Source: Alphaproteobacteria bacterium
GTDB taxonomy: Bacteria; Pseudomonadota; Alphaproteobacteria; MPNO01; UBA830
NCBI GenBank assembly: GCA_964291215.2
Contig: OZ219791.1
Location: 2,080,001 to 2,144,000 of the forward strand
Reading direction: 5' to 3'
DNA: 64,000 bases
The notes beneath the pieces were generated by a model. The model was given only the letters and a program-made list of their open reading frames with translations. It ran no database searches and was not told the DNA's origin. The position numbers and the translations under genes are program-made. Every line of letters starts with the position of its first letter. Within the stretch, counting starts at the first letter, position 1. Positions 1 to 11,737 of the stretch are shown here, one piece after another.

Positions 1-1
1 G

Positions 2-640
2 ATCTTCCGCGGCTACCGCGCACGAGCCAAGGTTACCCGCGACGATCGGAAATTCGGGTTCCAGCGCGAAGCGCTCAATCCCGATCTGGCCTTCGCCGTG
101 CTGCTGTTCGTGCTGTTTGCGACGGCGCTCGGGATCTCCTCGGGCTGGGAATTTGGCGCACGGCTGATTCCCTTTGTCGTATCGATTGCGGCGATGATCT
201 TCCTTGTCTGGCTTATCCTCTCGGCACTGTTCATCGCGCCGGGGGAACCGGTTCCGGTCGAGCAGGAGGGCGTTCCCGGCCGCGGCGAAGGCGGCACGGC
301 GCCGGTACAGAGCGATGTGCATTTCGACATCAGCGCCGATTACGGCGATCTGCCGCCGGCCGAGATCACGCGGCGGGTTGTCCGTTACTTTGCTTGGCTG
401 CTGTTCTTTTTCGGATCGGCTTCGCTTGTCGGGCTGCTGCCTGCGATGATGCTGTTTCTCGTCTGCTACATCCGCTTCGAGGGTCGTGAACGCTGGCTGA
501 CGACGTTTGTCATCTCGGTGCCGATCTGGGTGATCAGCTATCTGCTGTTCCACAAGCTCCTGATCATTCCTTGGCCGCAGACGGTACTGGGCGACATCTA
601 TCCCGTATTGCGGACGATCCCGGAACTCAACATGTTCTGA
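2..640 (+). CDS. Tripartite tricarboxylate transporter TctB-like membrane domain (5' partial, possibly C-terminus of a TctA-TctB fusion)
   Basis: Frame is open from the window start; several hydrophobic helices; C-terminal 'YLLFHKLLIIPWP' resembles TctB ends. Confidence 0.65.
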   Translation: MFRGYRARAKVTRDDRKFGFQREALNPDLAFAVLLFVLFATALGISSGWEFGARLIPFVVSIAAMIFLVWLILSALFIAPGEPVPVEQEGVPGRGEGGTAPVQSDVHFDISADYGDLPPAEITRRVVRYFAWLLFFFGSASLVGLLPAMMLFLVCYIRFEGRERWLTTFVISVPIWVISYLLFHKLLIIPWPQTVLGDIYPVLRTIPELNMF

Positions 641-729
641 TGCCGGGGCGGCGACACGGGAACGAAAGGGGCAGGACCGTCCCTTCCTCCGACCCGGCGG
701 CCGGTGGATCGTGTGGGAAGGGCTGCACT

Positions 730-1311
730 ATGTTCGAGTCTGTCTCGTCGTTTCGTGCCGGTCTCGGCATGTGCCGGGTAGCGATGCTCCTGGCTGTGGG
801 TGCGGTGCTTGCCGCCACATGCTCCCTTGCTGAGGAAAGCGGGTCCGTTCTGGTCCGCACCGTGGCGCCGCTCGATGAACCGCGCGGCCTCTGCATCGAC
901 ATTCCAGGTCATCGCGACCGCGTCAGGGTCAGCGCGGCCCTCGTGGTCCATAGCTGCAAGTGGGGGATGTGGAATTTCGACGAACGGTTCGACCGCGCCG
1001 CGCTGGAGCGGGGGCGTCTTCGCATGCCCGAATACGGCCTCTGCGCCAGCGCGGCGGAAGCGGCCGCAGGTGCCCGCGTCATGCTGGCGGAATGCGGCAG
1101 TTCGCAGCTCCTGGCGTGGAAATTCTCAGGCGGGCTTCTGCGCCTCGGCGCCGAACCCGGGCTCTGCATCACGGTCGGGCCGGAGGCTTCCGAACTCACG
1201 CCGGGCGGCCAGCGCCTGCCGTCGCGGCATGTTGCGCGCTCGCTTGGTCTCGAACCTTGCGGAGATGCGGCGCGGGACCGGCAGCGATGGACGCTCGCCC
1301 CGCCCGGATAG
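730..1311 (+). CDS. Secreted ricin-B (beta-trefoil) lectin-like protein
   Basis: Signal-peptide-like N-terminus; repeated Cys/Trp units GLCIDI..CKW, GLCAS..ECG..W, GLCIT..PC..QRW; start codon uncertain. Confidence 0.7.
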   Translation: MFESVSSFRAGLGMCRVAMLLAVGAVLAATCSLAEESGSVLVRTVAPLDEPRGLCIDIPGHRDRVRVSAALVVHSCKWGMWNFDERFDRAALERGRLRMPEYGLCASAAEAAAGARVMLAECGSSQLLAWKFSGGLLRLGAEPGLCITVGPEASELTPGGQRLPSRHVARSLGLEPCGDAARDRQRWTLAPPG

Positions 1312-1393
1312 TGCATTCGACGGACGGAGGGGGGTGGTCCCGGAAGACTCCCCGGCGCAGTCCGTTATCGGCGCGTGTTCCCCCGGTGCGAAT

Positions 1394-2341
1394 TCAGGCG
1401 GTTCTACCGACCGGCCACGGCTTGTCGTCGTGGATTGCAGGGCGGGTTGTGATCTCCTCGCCGATATTGATCACCATCAGGTCGTAGCCGATTTCGACTG
1501 CGCCCCGGTAGCCTTCCCGAATCTGGTCGAGCGCCGGGCCGACGACGTCATTGTTGTTGTACATGTGGTAGATGACGCCCAGGCGCGGACGGGTCGCGGC
1601 GAAGACTTCTCCGGCCTCGCGTGGCGAGGTGTGATAGATCTCGGAGATCTTCCTTGCAATCTCGATCGGACGGTTCGATTTTTCGGCGTAGAGTTCGGCC
1701 GGTGGAAAGGCCTCGTGGATGAGGAGGTCGCAGCCGGCGGCATGTTCGATCAGTGCGTCGCATTTCTTGGTATCGCCGGAGAAGACGAAGACGCGCTCTC
1801 CGTATTCGATCTTCATGCCATAGGTATTCTGCGGTTCGGTGTGGATGACCTTGAAGGCGGTGATGCGAACGCCCCCCTGGTCGAAGCCGTCGTAGATCAC
1901 CCCGTCGCGGTCGAATTCGACACAGGTTACCTCGTGGCCGCCGGGTGGCAGCGCGTCGAGACGCGTTTCGATGTCCCAGGCATAGATGCGGCGCAGCCCG
2001 TCGACAATGTTTGCCGTACCCGGCGGTCCCCATACCTTGAGCGGCGTGCGGCGGCCGTAGGTCCATCCGCCAATCCAGAAGTGATCCAGGCCGCCGATAT
2101 GGTCGACATGGTGATGGGTCACGAAGACCTTGTCGACCGCCGTGAACGGGGTCTCCAGCGAGGTGAAGTTCTGCGGAACGCCGGGGCCGCAATCGAGCAG
2201 GAATTTCTCGTCTCCGGCTTCGACAAACACGCCAGCGCAAGCTTGGCCCCGCCGTGGAAACGGTGTACCGGTGCCGAGGAGGGTGACGCGGATCTCGTCA
2301 TCGGCCAGCGCCTCGCCGGGCGAAAAGGCATTGTCGCTCAT
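1394..2341 (-). CDS. MBL-fold metallo-hydrolase, RNase Z/sulfatase-like
   Basis: LLGTGTP, LLDCG, THHHVDH (HxHxDH), FSGDT, LIHEA and YHTSP motifs. Confidence 0.9.
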   Translation of the reverse strand: MSDNAFSPGEALADDEIRVTLLGTGTPFPRRGQACAGVFVEAGDEKFLLDCGPGVPQNFTSLETPFTAVDKVFVTHHHVDHIGGLDHFWIGGWTYGRRTPLKVWGPPGTANIVDGLRRIYAWDIETRLDALPPGGHEVTCVEFDRDGVIYDGFDQGGVRITAFKVIHTEPQNTYGMKIEYGERVFVFSGDTKKCDALIEHAAGCDLLIHEAFPPAELYAEKSNRPIEIARKISEIYHTSPREAGEVFAATRPRLGVIYHMYNNNDVVGPALDQIREGYRGAVEIGYDLMVINIGEEITTRPAIHDDKPWPVGRTA

Positions 2342-2473
2342 GTTCGTTCCTCCGGTATTTGTTCAGCGGATATCGCCGCTGGTGGCCACAGGACTCGTGA
2401 TGGCGCACAGGCGGGAACGGACATCTGCGGCCCATGTCGGGCATAGTGGCCGCGTATCCCGGCGCACCGGCCA

Positions 2474-3613
2474 TCAGAAAAGCAGATGCCCGCTCTTTTC
2501 TGCCTTGACGGCCAGATAACGTTCATTGTGCGTGTTCGAAGGAAAGGTGTGGCTCACGCGTTCGGTGATTTCGACGCCGCATTGCTCCAGTTGGGCGACC
2601 TTGCGCGGGTTGTTGGTCAGCAGCCTGATGCTGCCGAACCCGAGCTGGCGCAACATTTCTGCGGCGGCAGCGAACTCCCTTTCGTCGTCCTCGAAACCGA
2701 GCCGCTGATTGGCTTCGACGGTATCGAATCCCTGGCTCTGCAGCGCATAGGCTCGGAGCTTGTTGGTCAGCCCGATCCCGCGGCCCTCCTGCGCCAGGTA
2801 GAGGAGGATACCGGAGCCCTCCTTCGCAAACAGTTCGAGCGCGCCGCGAAGCTGGTCGCCGCAATCGCACTTGAGCGAGCCCAGCAGATCGCCCGTGAAG
2901 CACTGTGAATGGAGCCGTACCAGCACCTCGTCGGGCGGCGAAGGGTTGCCGACGATGATGGCCAAGTGCTCGACGCCGCCGTCTCCGGGACGAAAGACCA
3001 TGATACGGGTGTTCTCGGAACAGGAAAGAGGTACCTGTGCTGCCGCGATGCGTTTGAGAGCGGTTGCTGTGTCGACATCATAACGGCCGATATCGGCTGC
3101 GGCGACGCTGAGGAAGTCAGCTGTCGCCTCTGGTTCCCCGCTTTCCGAATCGAGGCTTACGCACAACGTGGACGGCAGGAGGCGCGCAAGCTTTGCTAGC
3201 CGGATGCTGGCAAGAGCGGCGTCGGAAAGCGATGCGCGTTCCGCGAGAAACGGGCCCCGCATCGGGTCTGCGAGATCGAACTGCGGGTCGGCGAGCTGGC
3301 GGATCTGGCCTGCGGTCAGCCAGTCGGGATAGGGCAGGGAGACTGCTCCCTCCGTGTAGAGCCGTATCTTGAGCGTTTCTGCCCGGTGATGGGTCAGTAA
3401 AACCCGTGGATCGGACTCATCTCCAAGGGCGCGGAGCGCGTCAATCCGATCCTGAGTCGCAAGCTCGCTTGCCAAGACAAGCACGGTCCGGCCTTCGGCG
3501 TCGCCGACGCGGACGATCCGGCCGCACCGAAGCTCGAAGACGGCGCGTTCGACCTGCACGAGAGACGAATCCTGTCCGTGCAGGGTGCGGCCGGGATCTG
3601 TGTCTCGAATCAT
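2474..3613 (-). CDS. ribA: GTP cyclohydrolase II with degenerate RibB-like N-terminal domain
   Basis: VRLHSQCFTGDLLGSLKCDCG, QEGRGIGLTNKLRAY, LLTNNPRK; start placed at ATG 3613 because the longer called ORF runs into IS remnant sequence. Confidence 0.92.
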   Translation of the reverse strand: MIRDTDPGRTLHGQDSSLVQVERAVFELRCGRIVRVGDAEGRTVLVLASELATQDRIDALRALGDESDPRVLLTHHRAETLKIRLYTEGAVSLPYPDWLTAGQIRQLADPQFDLADPMRGPFLAERASLSDAALASIRLAKLARLLPSTLCVSLDSESGEPEATADFLSVAAADIGRYDVDTATALKRIAAAQVPLSCSENTRIMVFRPGDGGVEHLAIIVGNPSPPDEVLVRLHSQCFTGDLLGSLKCDCGDQLRGALELFAKEGSGILLYLAQEGRGIGLTNKLRAYALQSQGFDTVEANQRLGFEDDEREFAAAAEMLRQLGFGSIRLLTNNPRKVAQLEQCGVEITERVSHTFPSNTHNERYLAVKAEKSGHLLF

Positions 3614-3949
3614 GGGCGCGGCGCCGGGGCGAAGCCTGAAAAACGTTTCTGATACTGACAACCACTCTTCGCCAGATCCGGGCCGACGATGACGATGTCT
3701 TTTCGGCGGAAATCGGCAGACATGGCGGAAGGTCGAGTGGCTCGATAGTACGGCACCCTCCGCACGGGCGCAATGTCGAGCGCCGGCCCGGGCAGGTGTT
3801 TCCCACGCTGCATTCAATTTTGCTGTCTTCTGCTGTCCGGAGGTTTCACAGCGTGCCGGGTTTTCTGGCTTCGGGGCCGTCCGCGGTCGTCGCCGGCGGC
3901 GTTGCCGGCGCGTGGGCGGGTTGTTTTCGGGATGTAGGCGGGTTGTGGG

Positions 3950-4400
3950 CGGCGTCCGGGAATCAGCCGGACACCATTGGCGCTCAGGGCTGCGACGGCT
4001 TCCCGGCGGTCGAGCCGCCGCCGTGTTTCGGCGAGGCCCTCGCGTCGGTTGGCGAAGATCACCGCGAGCGCGATGTTGTCGAGGCTGGCGCGGTTTGCGG
4101 GTCAGGCAGGCGTCCTCGCCGAAGACGCAGTCTCGGTGGTTCATGTTTTCCACAGCCCGCGGCCGCAGCAGTTTCTCTGGCGACGCGTGTTGCGCATCGA
4201 GCGAGGTGATGATGTACCGGTGTGGTCGTTGCCGCTCGCTGCGCCGCTGGCGCTCTTTCCCGGCGGCTCGCGGTAGCATGCGGGCGATCTGCCGGGGTAG
4301 TTGATCAGGTCCTCGAGCGGCACGTATCGAGCGCTGCTCGAGGCGTCCGTGGGTCTTGTCGAACTCCTCCTTGAAGCGGCCGGTCGGCGGAAATCCGGAA
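3950..4400 (-). mobile_element. ISAs1-family transposase remnant
   Basis: KTHGRLEQRSI, RYIITSL, AVENMNHRDCVFGEDACLTRK; frameshifted; boundaries approximate. Confidence 0.75.
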
Positions 4401-5939
4401 GTGGCAACACAAAACCGGACGGACGGCCGAAACCGGCGCCCCGGACGAGATGGCGATCGCGAGTACGCATCGTCGCCTGGAACTGCGGCGGCGCGTTTCA
4501 TAGGAGGCTTGACCCAAGTTGGCATTTTTTGCGTCAGTTGAAGCCAAAATTTATGCAGCAGCCTCACTCGATATACTATATGTTATTATTTTTTTTATAT
4601 TTTATACTATATTTGTGATTTCCTGTCCGGGGTGGCCGATGTAGTGCCAGAATATTGCCGCTTCGCTCGACCCCGCCGCCAAACCCGGTATATCCGGAGC
4701 CTCATCAACACAAAAGGCTCCAGACAACATGTTCATCAGGACAACCAAAACCCGCAGCACCGCAGACGGCAAACCCGTCCACCGGCTCGTGCTTTCTCAG
4801 CGCATCGGCGACAAGGTCAGGCAGCGCACGCTGCCTCGGTACCGACCATCCGGTGGCGCGCAAGAACCGGAAGGAGGTTGCCGCCGAAGCGCTGGCCGCC
4901 CGCCGCTGTTCGAAGCCGCGTGCAGGCCGCAGGACATCGTCAACAGGGGCCCGGAGGTTCCGCGCCGACGCTCTGGAGGGAGACGCACGCAAATTGCGAC
5001 CGTCAACCTCGACAGCCTCGAGAACCCGCGCTCGGTCGGCTGCCTGTGCCTCGAGGCGCGATCTCGGCTTCACGACCTCGGCATCACGAGTGCGCTGATC
5101 GTCGCCAGGATGATCCGCCAGCGAGCGCTGACTGCGCGATGACAGCGCGGAGCTTCTGGAGCGCAAGTCGCGCAAGACGCTGTACCGCATCGGCGACCTG
5201 CGTCACCGGGCCGCCAGGAACTGTTCAACCGCGAGCGCGCGCTGCATCCCCGACACCATCGCCTTTTACGACCTCACCAATGTTCACGGCCGCGCCGACG
5301 GCAAGCTCCCCTGCTTCGGGCGCTCGAAGCGCAATGATTGCCCCACGCTGGCGCGGCGCGGGCTTTCGGCGCAGTTGCGAGGTCTTGCGGGGCAACGTGA
5401 CCGGGCACGGATGCGCTGCCGAGGCTGGAGGCGGGCGGCGAAGCCGACGGCAGTCATGGACGCCGGCACCGAGGCGAACATCGCGTGGCGAGCACGGCTG
5501 AATCGCGGTCAGCGCCGCCCGAGGGTGGGTCCGAGGCTGATCACCAACCACGAGGTGCAGGCGCCTTGCCAGCGAGGATGGCGCGGCGTGGAGAGCAGGA
5601 AGAGGGCCGAGGACGCCATTCCTGACCGCAGGGCTTCGAGGCGGCGCTGGAAAAGCTTCATGACGGCCTCTCGGCCAAGGGCCGGCTCAAGCGCCACGAC
5701 AAGGTGCTGGATAGCGGTCTCAGGCAGCGCTTCTCCACCGTCGTCCGGCACTACGAGATCACCGTCGAGAAGGCCGGCGCCAACGCAACTGCCGTGCGCT
5801 TCAGCCACAGACGACAAGACAACGCGGGCGCCTGCGCACCAGCGACCGGGAGACCGTCCTTATATGACCAGGTTTTGTCCCCTTGATGATGAAATCATCC
5901 ACAGCAGTTGGGGGCGGGAAAATGTGGATAACCTCGACT

Positions 5940-6880
5940 ATGGGAGAGCTATGGTTGCAGAGAGATTCCGCTCCCCTGTGTGAGAACGTACAGGGGAGCG
6001 GGGATCAAACGATCTCCGCGGAGGTTGCCGTTCCGTCCTTGGCTTTATAGAGCCGTTCCCGAGCGTGGCAACCTCCTTTGGCGTCCCTCGCATGGATGCT
6101 TGGGTTTGAACCGTATCATCATAAGGCGAGGAACGATGGTCAAGGTAGTAGCAGGGGTCAGCCAGTCTGGACATCTGGGGCGTCGTTTTACGAACGACGC
6201 CACGGGCACGTGGCTTCGCAGCCTCGAGGTAACCCGTGTGGTGGGCGACAGGTCGCTATCACCGCAAGGAGTGTCTTCATGACCGGGGCTTCGAGGTTGT
6301 CCTGCCCGTTGAGGGCTTCGCCGAGGCTTTGGGCCAACCGCGTTGACGCCAAGATCGGCACGGTGCGATCTCGAGCCTGTGGCCCCTCAGGAAGCCTTCC
6401 TCAACTGCCTGGGGGATCTCCTGGTGCCGCGCTTGTCGACGTGCGCACCAAGCTGAGGCAAGTGGCAGATGAGGTGGATGGCGAGACCGTCACAAGGGCT
6501 TCGGCGGCCGATCTCGATGATTGCCAAGCTGGATGCAGTGATCAAAGCGGTGATCCCGAGCAGAGGTACCCTGACCTCGATCCAGTGACCGCCGCAGCCC
6601 TTCTTTGTTGGATGCCCGAACTCGGCAGTCTCGACCGTCGTCAGGCGGCAGCCTTGATCGGGGTGGCGCCGATGGCCACGGTACTCGGCATATCCGAGGC
6701 GGGCGCCGGAGGCCGCGTGATCTCCTGTTCATGGCCGCGACCTCGGCAGCACGCTTCAACGCGGATCTGGTGCGCCACAAGGCCCACAAAGTCGCCATTG
6801 TCGCCGTGATGCGCAAGCTCTGGCGAACACCTTGCTGCGACAGCAGCGTTGCTGGTCGACCGAAGCACCGGTGAGTGAGC
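5940..6880 (+). mobile_element. IS110-family recombinase pseudogene with structured upstream non-coding end
   Basis: MVKVVAGV start at about 6136; MPELGSLDRRQAAALIGVAP; GGRRRPRDLLFMAATSAARFN; KVAIVAVMRKL; multiple frameshifts. Confidence 0.85.
5964..6076 (+). ncRNA. Candidate IS110 bridge-RNA-like structured region
   Basis: 12-bp perfect stem 5968-5979/5990-6001; 10-bp stem 6020-6029/6067-6076 enclosing an internal loop and a GGCT/AGCC hairpin, just upstream of the IS110 ORF. Confidence 0.55.
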
Positions 6881-7557
6881 GAAGGAGACACGGTCCTGCC
6901 GAGAGCGCGATCGGGACTGTCTCGACAGTCTCCCTACTACGACACGACTTGAGGAGAATGTCTGCAGATCATCGTCGAGGCCGACATCGAGGAGATCGAA
7001 CCGCCTTGGGACACCTGGAACCCGGACGGTCACGTGCCCGGGGACGGCAAGGTAGCCGCGTTCACGTGACCAATGGACGGCAACCCGCCGCCGGGACCAC
7101 AAGCTTCATGTCGCCTCGCTCGCAGGGCAAATCCCACACCGCTTGTGGACAACCACAGAAAACATCACCGCAGACACCCGCAAAAACCTTGCCAGGAAAC
7201 ATGGATGCTCGGGACATGGATATCGAGGCCACCTTCCGTTCATTGAAATCCGAGCCCGGATTGCGCCCGGCCAGCGCATCGCCGCCCACCTGTTGATCGC
7301 CGTGCTCGTCGCGGTGCATCTAATCCCCGCGCGGGGCATCGACAAGTGCTGGACATCAATCCGCGAGAGCATGCGGAACCAGGGTCACCACGCGCCTGCG
7401 CGCATTGATCGTCAACCGACAGGACACGCACCGCCGGGGTCGCCGAAATCTCCTCGGCGGCTGGCGTCGAACCCACCGCACAAGGAGCCGCCTCACAAGC
7501 TGACAGAATTCAACAGAATGTAGTGCCATGTTGCAATCGGCCGACAAAAAAATCGTG

Positions 7558-10200
7558 TTATATCAACTCCGCACTTTGCGTCAGCGGCCGGAAGAAGCCG
7601 GCGATCCGGCGCAGCGCCGCCATCACCGTCTTGCGACGCCCGTGATGGGAGGTCACCGTCAGCCGGGTCTGGCCGGCGTGGTGGGTCTGGCGGGCAACCC
7701 CGTGCAGGAGCAGCGGCCGGCTGGTGATCGCCTCGCGGTGATGGTCGGGGTCGGCGAGGTGCACGAACAGGCTCCACCAGTTGTAGATGAGCGCGATCAG
7801 CCGGGCCATGTGCCGGCAGCGCGTCAGGTCCCGGGTGGTAAAACCGCCCCACTGGTTCTTCAACTCGTCGAAGCCGTTCTCCGCGTCGGCCCGGTCGCGG
7901 TAGAGCTGGGCCAGCGAGCGTATCTCCAGATCCAGCGAGGTCGCCAGCACCGCGAACTCCCATACCCCGGTGCCGGGCTGCGCCTCGGTCCAGAACAGCT
8001 CGCCCTGGGCCTTGTCGCCACGCGTCAGCGCCAGCGTCGCAGGAAGCCGCCGGCGCAGCACCACAACCCGGCGCGTTCGGCTCCAGCCCTGCAGACGCAG
8101 ATCGGCCCCGACCAGCCCTGGCCCGCATCCTCCCAGCCGTCCCGCGCCATCAGCCGCTCGGCAAGCCGGCGCGCCCCCTTCGTCAGGCGCAGCTTGAACA
8201 GATAGTCCAGACCCGCAGCCTCGCACGACGCCATGTTGGCCTCGCTGCCCCAGTCCTTGTCGCCCCGCACCAGACGCGGCCAGCGATCCCGATTACGCAA
8301 CCTGATGTCTGGAAATTGTCGTGAAGCTCTCAGTCATCGAGCTGTTCCCATTTGATCTTGGTTTCGGTTTCCCATTTTTCGTCGATGAGGACCGCGGTTG
8401 AGAGGCGCTCCAACGAGGCGAGGTTCGGAAAGACCCTGGCTTTGGAGGTGCGCCGCTTGAGATCTTGCTGGATCGGTCGCTCGATGCCGTTCGAGGTTCG
8501 CATACGCTTGTGGTGAGCATCGGGCAAGGTGAAGACAGCGAGCCCCGCATTGTTTTCCAGCCAGGAAGCCTGGATGCTTGTCGCGATAGCTGGCCACGAG
8601 GGCGCCCAGTTCAGCCTCGGCGGTTTGGAGTGAGGACGCATGGCTCCGAGCTGTTTTCCAATACGTTTCCTGATGTCGTTGTTCGGTGCACGGCGTTTTG
8701 TGCCAGGTGGAACTGGCAGCGCTGCCACGTCGCCGCGCCCAGCACCGTGCCGCTTTCAGCCCGGCATGGTCATCCGAGACGATGAAGGTCGTACCATGCA
8801 GGGCTAGCAAGCTTTCCAGGAAGGCTCTCCAATGGACCTCGGCCTCGGAGAGCGCCACAGAGAGCCCCAGAACGTGCCTGCAGCCCCTATTCCGATGGCC
8901 GAGAGCACTGCGACATCGCGCACAACGCCGTCATGGCGGGCTTTTTCGTAGCGCGCATCCAGGTATTCCATCAGGGGCCGGTTGCGCGGCGAGTTCTTCA
9001 TCGAGCAACCTGGTGGCCCGGCTGACCTGAGAAGAGGACAGGCTCCCGAACTCGCGCATTACATCCTGCCGCGTGGAAACACCCTTGATGTACATCTCGG
9101 CTACGGCGCGAGAAGATCGCTGGCCTCGTTCAAGCGACTGGGGACGGGTCGTCCCCGTGACCGTTTGGCACCTGAACGGTAACAGTGGGGGTGTCGATCC
9201 GCTTGTAGTCGTTGGCCCTGTCGCTCCGGTGGCCTGCTTTCAAGTACTGCTCGCGCTCGATTTGCATCGCAAGCTCGAAGAGCTGACCAAAGACCCGCCC
9301 CAGATCCGTTGCTCCGTTTGCGATCAGATGTTCCAAAACAGTCCCGATCGTCGTAGTGTGTCGCAGGTCCATTCGCTTCCTCCATGAAGGTTTTACAACT
9401 CCATGGGATAGCACGATGGCGCCGCGTTTCACTGGGGGGGCTAGCCCCCCAGTGAAACGCCTCAAAGCGCAAACCTCAGACAAATTTCCAGACATCAAGT
9501 TACAGTACCGCGATCCCCCGCCCGAGACGGTCGAGCAACGCCCACAAGGACGGCGCCGCGCGCCTCGAATGGTGATGGTTGCCCGGCGCTACCTCGACAT
9601 CAAGAACAAGCCGCGTGCCCGCCATCACAAACGCATGGCAGGCATGCGAGGGGCGGCCCGGCTTCTTGGGGTTGTAGCTCACAACCGCCCCCTCCTGACG
9701 ACCGTAAAGCGGCTTGATCGTCGTGTCGCAGTCCAGAACCCACGGCTCCCTCAGCAGCGGACGGACCACCTCGTCCAGATGGCCCTGAAGCCACGATGTG
9801 CCGGCCTCCGCACCGATCCGCTCCAGACCGCGCCGCACCGAAATCCTCGCTCGCAACCTTGTCCATTCCCAACAGCGCAGGGTTCACTCCGTCGCCGCGC
9901 AGCGACGTGATGTGCGCATACCGCGATTGCCCCGCCAGAACCGACAGAAGAACCGTCCCCAGAACGTCCCGCTTCGACGGCGCGTTCGGGCTCGTGTAGT
10001 GCAGCGGGCAGTCCGCAACCAAAGCGTCAAAGCGACCGCTCACCTTCAGATACTCCGCGAAAAACGCCAGATGCCCCAGCGGCGTCACCGCCGCATCAGG
10101 GTCCCATTCCACATGAACCGCGCCGCCGAAGGGTCCACCTTCACGAACGCTCGGGTGACATCCCGCACAGCGCCAGGATAGTCACCCAAAGGGTGAGCCT
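7558..10200 (-). mobile_element. DDE transposase (IS1380-like), split by IS256 insertion and frameshifted
   Basis: N-part VEWDPDAAVTPLGHLAFFAEYLK..YTSPNAPSKRDVLGT and LDCDTTIKPLYGRQEGA; C-part LVRGDKDWG and YRDRADAENGFDELKNQWG; family assignment tentative. Confidence 0.75.
8291..9509 (-). mobile_element. IS256-family element copy 1 (decayed transposase)
   Basis: Imperfect terminal IRs GATTACGCAACCTGATGTCTGGAAATT / GGTACTGTAACTTGATGTCTGGAAATT; 8-bp TSD GCGATCCC at 8283-8290 and 9510-9517; YLDARYEK, SEAEVHWRAFL, RTSNGIER motifs. Confidence 0.93.
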
Positions 10201-10265
10201 CTTCGGCCCCTGAAAAGCCGCTCATAACCCCAGACTACAAGGAATTCGGCAAGGCCCCGCCATCC

Positions 10266-10862
10266 TCAACTGCCGGATTTAGGATGAACCCCGAGGCAGC
10301 GGAAAACTACGCCAGCAACCGGCTCACCATTACGCGCCAGATCACCTTCACCTCGGCCCTGAAGGGAGCCGACGGCAAGAACCGCCGCTGCGTCATCGAC
10401 GTGACGCTGGCCGTCAACGGCATCCTGGTGGTGACCGCCGAACTCAAGAACCTGCTGACCAAACAGCGTGCCGCCGATGCGATTCGCCAATACCGGAATG
10501 ATCACGACGGGCGCGATCTACTCTTCGCTTTCAAGAAACGTGCGCTGATTCACTTTGCCGTGGACCCGGACGAAGCGTGGATGACAACCCGGCTGGAAGG
10601 CAAGGAGACCCGTTTCCTGTCCTTCAACCGGGGGAACGACCACGGAGCGGACAACCCGCCAGTCGAAGGCGACTGGAAGACCCATTACCTGTGGGACGAA
10701 GTACTGCAGGCCGGCAACCTGCTGGAAATCCTGCAACGCTTCATGCACTTGGAAGTGAAGAAAACGCAGGTCAAGACCGACAAGGGCGCGCGCACCGTGC
10801 GATAGGAGACGATGACCTTTCCGCGCTATCACCAACTCGACGCGGTGCAGAAACTTGTCGCA
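10266..10862 (+). pseudogene. hsdR: Type I restriction enzyme R subunit N-terminal fragment
   Basis: [46 protein letters not shown]; internal stop at 10803 and truncation by IS630. Confidence 0.85.
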
Positions 10863-11561
10863 CACGACGATCCGGCGCATCTGGGGCGCGTTCGGCCTGC
10901 AGCCGCACCGCTGCAAGACCTTCAAGCTCTCCAGCGACCCGCACTTCGTGGACAAGGTACGGGACATCGTCGGGCTCTATCTGTCGCCGCCGGACCGCGC
11001 GCTGGTGCTGTGTGTCGACGAGAAAAGCCAGGCCCTCGACCGCACCCAGCCGATGCTGCCGGCTGAGCGGCGCACCCACGATTGCAAACGCAACGGCACC
11101 ACCTCGCTGTTTGCCGCGCTCGCCACCGGCGCGGTCATCGGCAAGTGCTATCGCCGCCACCGGGCCAGGTAGTTCCTCGACTTCCTCAAGCAGATCGACC
11201 GCTCCGTCCTCGAGGATCCATATCGTCATGGACAACTATGCCACCCACAAAACCGCGGCGGTCAAAGCCTGGCTGGCCCGGCAACCGTACTGGCACGTCC
11301 ACTTCATGCCGACACCCGACCCCTGGCTCAACCAGGTCGAGCGCTGGTTCGCCGAGTTGACCCGCAAGCAGTTGCAGCGGGGCGTCCAACGCTCGACCCT
11401 GCAACTCGAAACCGACATCCGGGCCTTCATCGAAACCCACAACGAAAATCCCAAGCCCTTCAAGTGGACCAGATCAGCCGACGAAATCCTCGCCGCCGTC
11501 AAGCACTTCTGTTTCCACGTCGGACAAAATTTATGCCACGAACTTTAGATTCAGGTGACTA
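10863..11561 (+). mobile_element. IS630-family transposase remnant (3' part)
   Basis: [59 protein letters not shown]; ends TTCAGGTGACTA. Confidence 0.9.
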
Positions 11562-11737
11562 GGACTGCAGGGTCGGTAGATCCGGATTGTCGTTCTTTTA
11601 CTGGCTGTCGAGCTTGTTGCGCAGCGGTGCCCAACTTCGTCGGCGCGCTTCTTCCACGGCCTGGACCAGCGCCTCGGGCGGCGCACGGGCTGCGTGGAAG
11701 CGCTTCAGGTAGTGCGCCGGGCGGTAGATGTAGAGCG

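Larger units (their letters stand above)
4513..7550 (+). mobile_element. IS1634-family element, decayed and interrupted by IS110
   Basis: MFIRTTKTR..RLVLSQRIGDKVRQRTL at 4729; DIEATFRSLKSE.GLRP and RIAAHLLIAVL at about 7220-7320; ATGTAGTGCCA repeated at 4639 and 7518; ends approximate. Confidence 0.7.

Noticed and set aside
800-2446. Long antisense or alternate-frame ORFs (e.g. 800-2446, 13239-14963, 32389-34152, 61504-62844)
   Set aside because: Shadow ORFs of high-GC genes with clear homologs on the other strand; no motifs of their own.
3614-3830. FMN riboswitch upstream of ribA
   Set aside because: No recognisable RFN consensus segments by eye.
3614-4567. Long N-terminal extension of the 697-aa ribA ORF
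   Set aside because: The extension is read-through across ISAs1 remnant and intergenic DNA, not a real fusion; RibA homology starts near 3613.
4560-4620. AT-rich patch as replication origin
   Set aside because: It lies within the probable IS1634 left end; no DnaA-box or iteron array visible.
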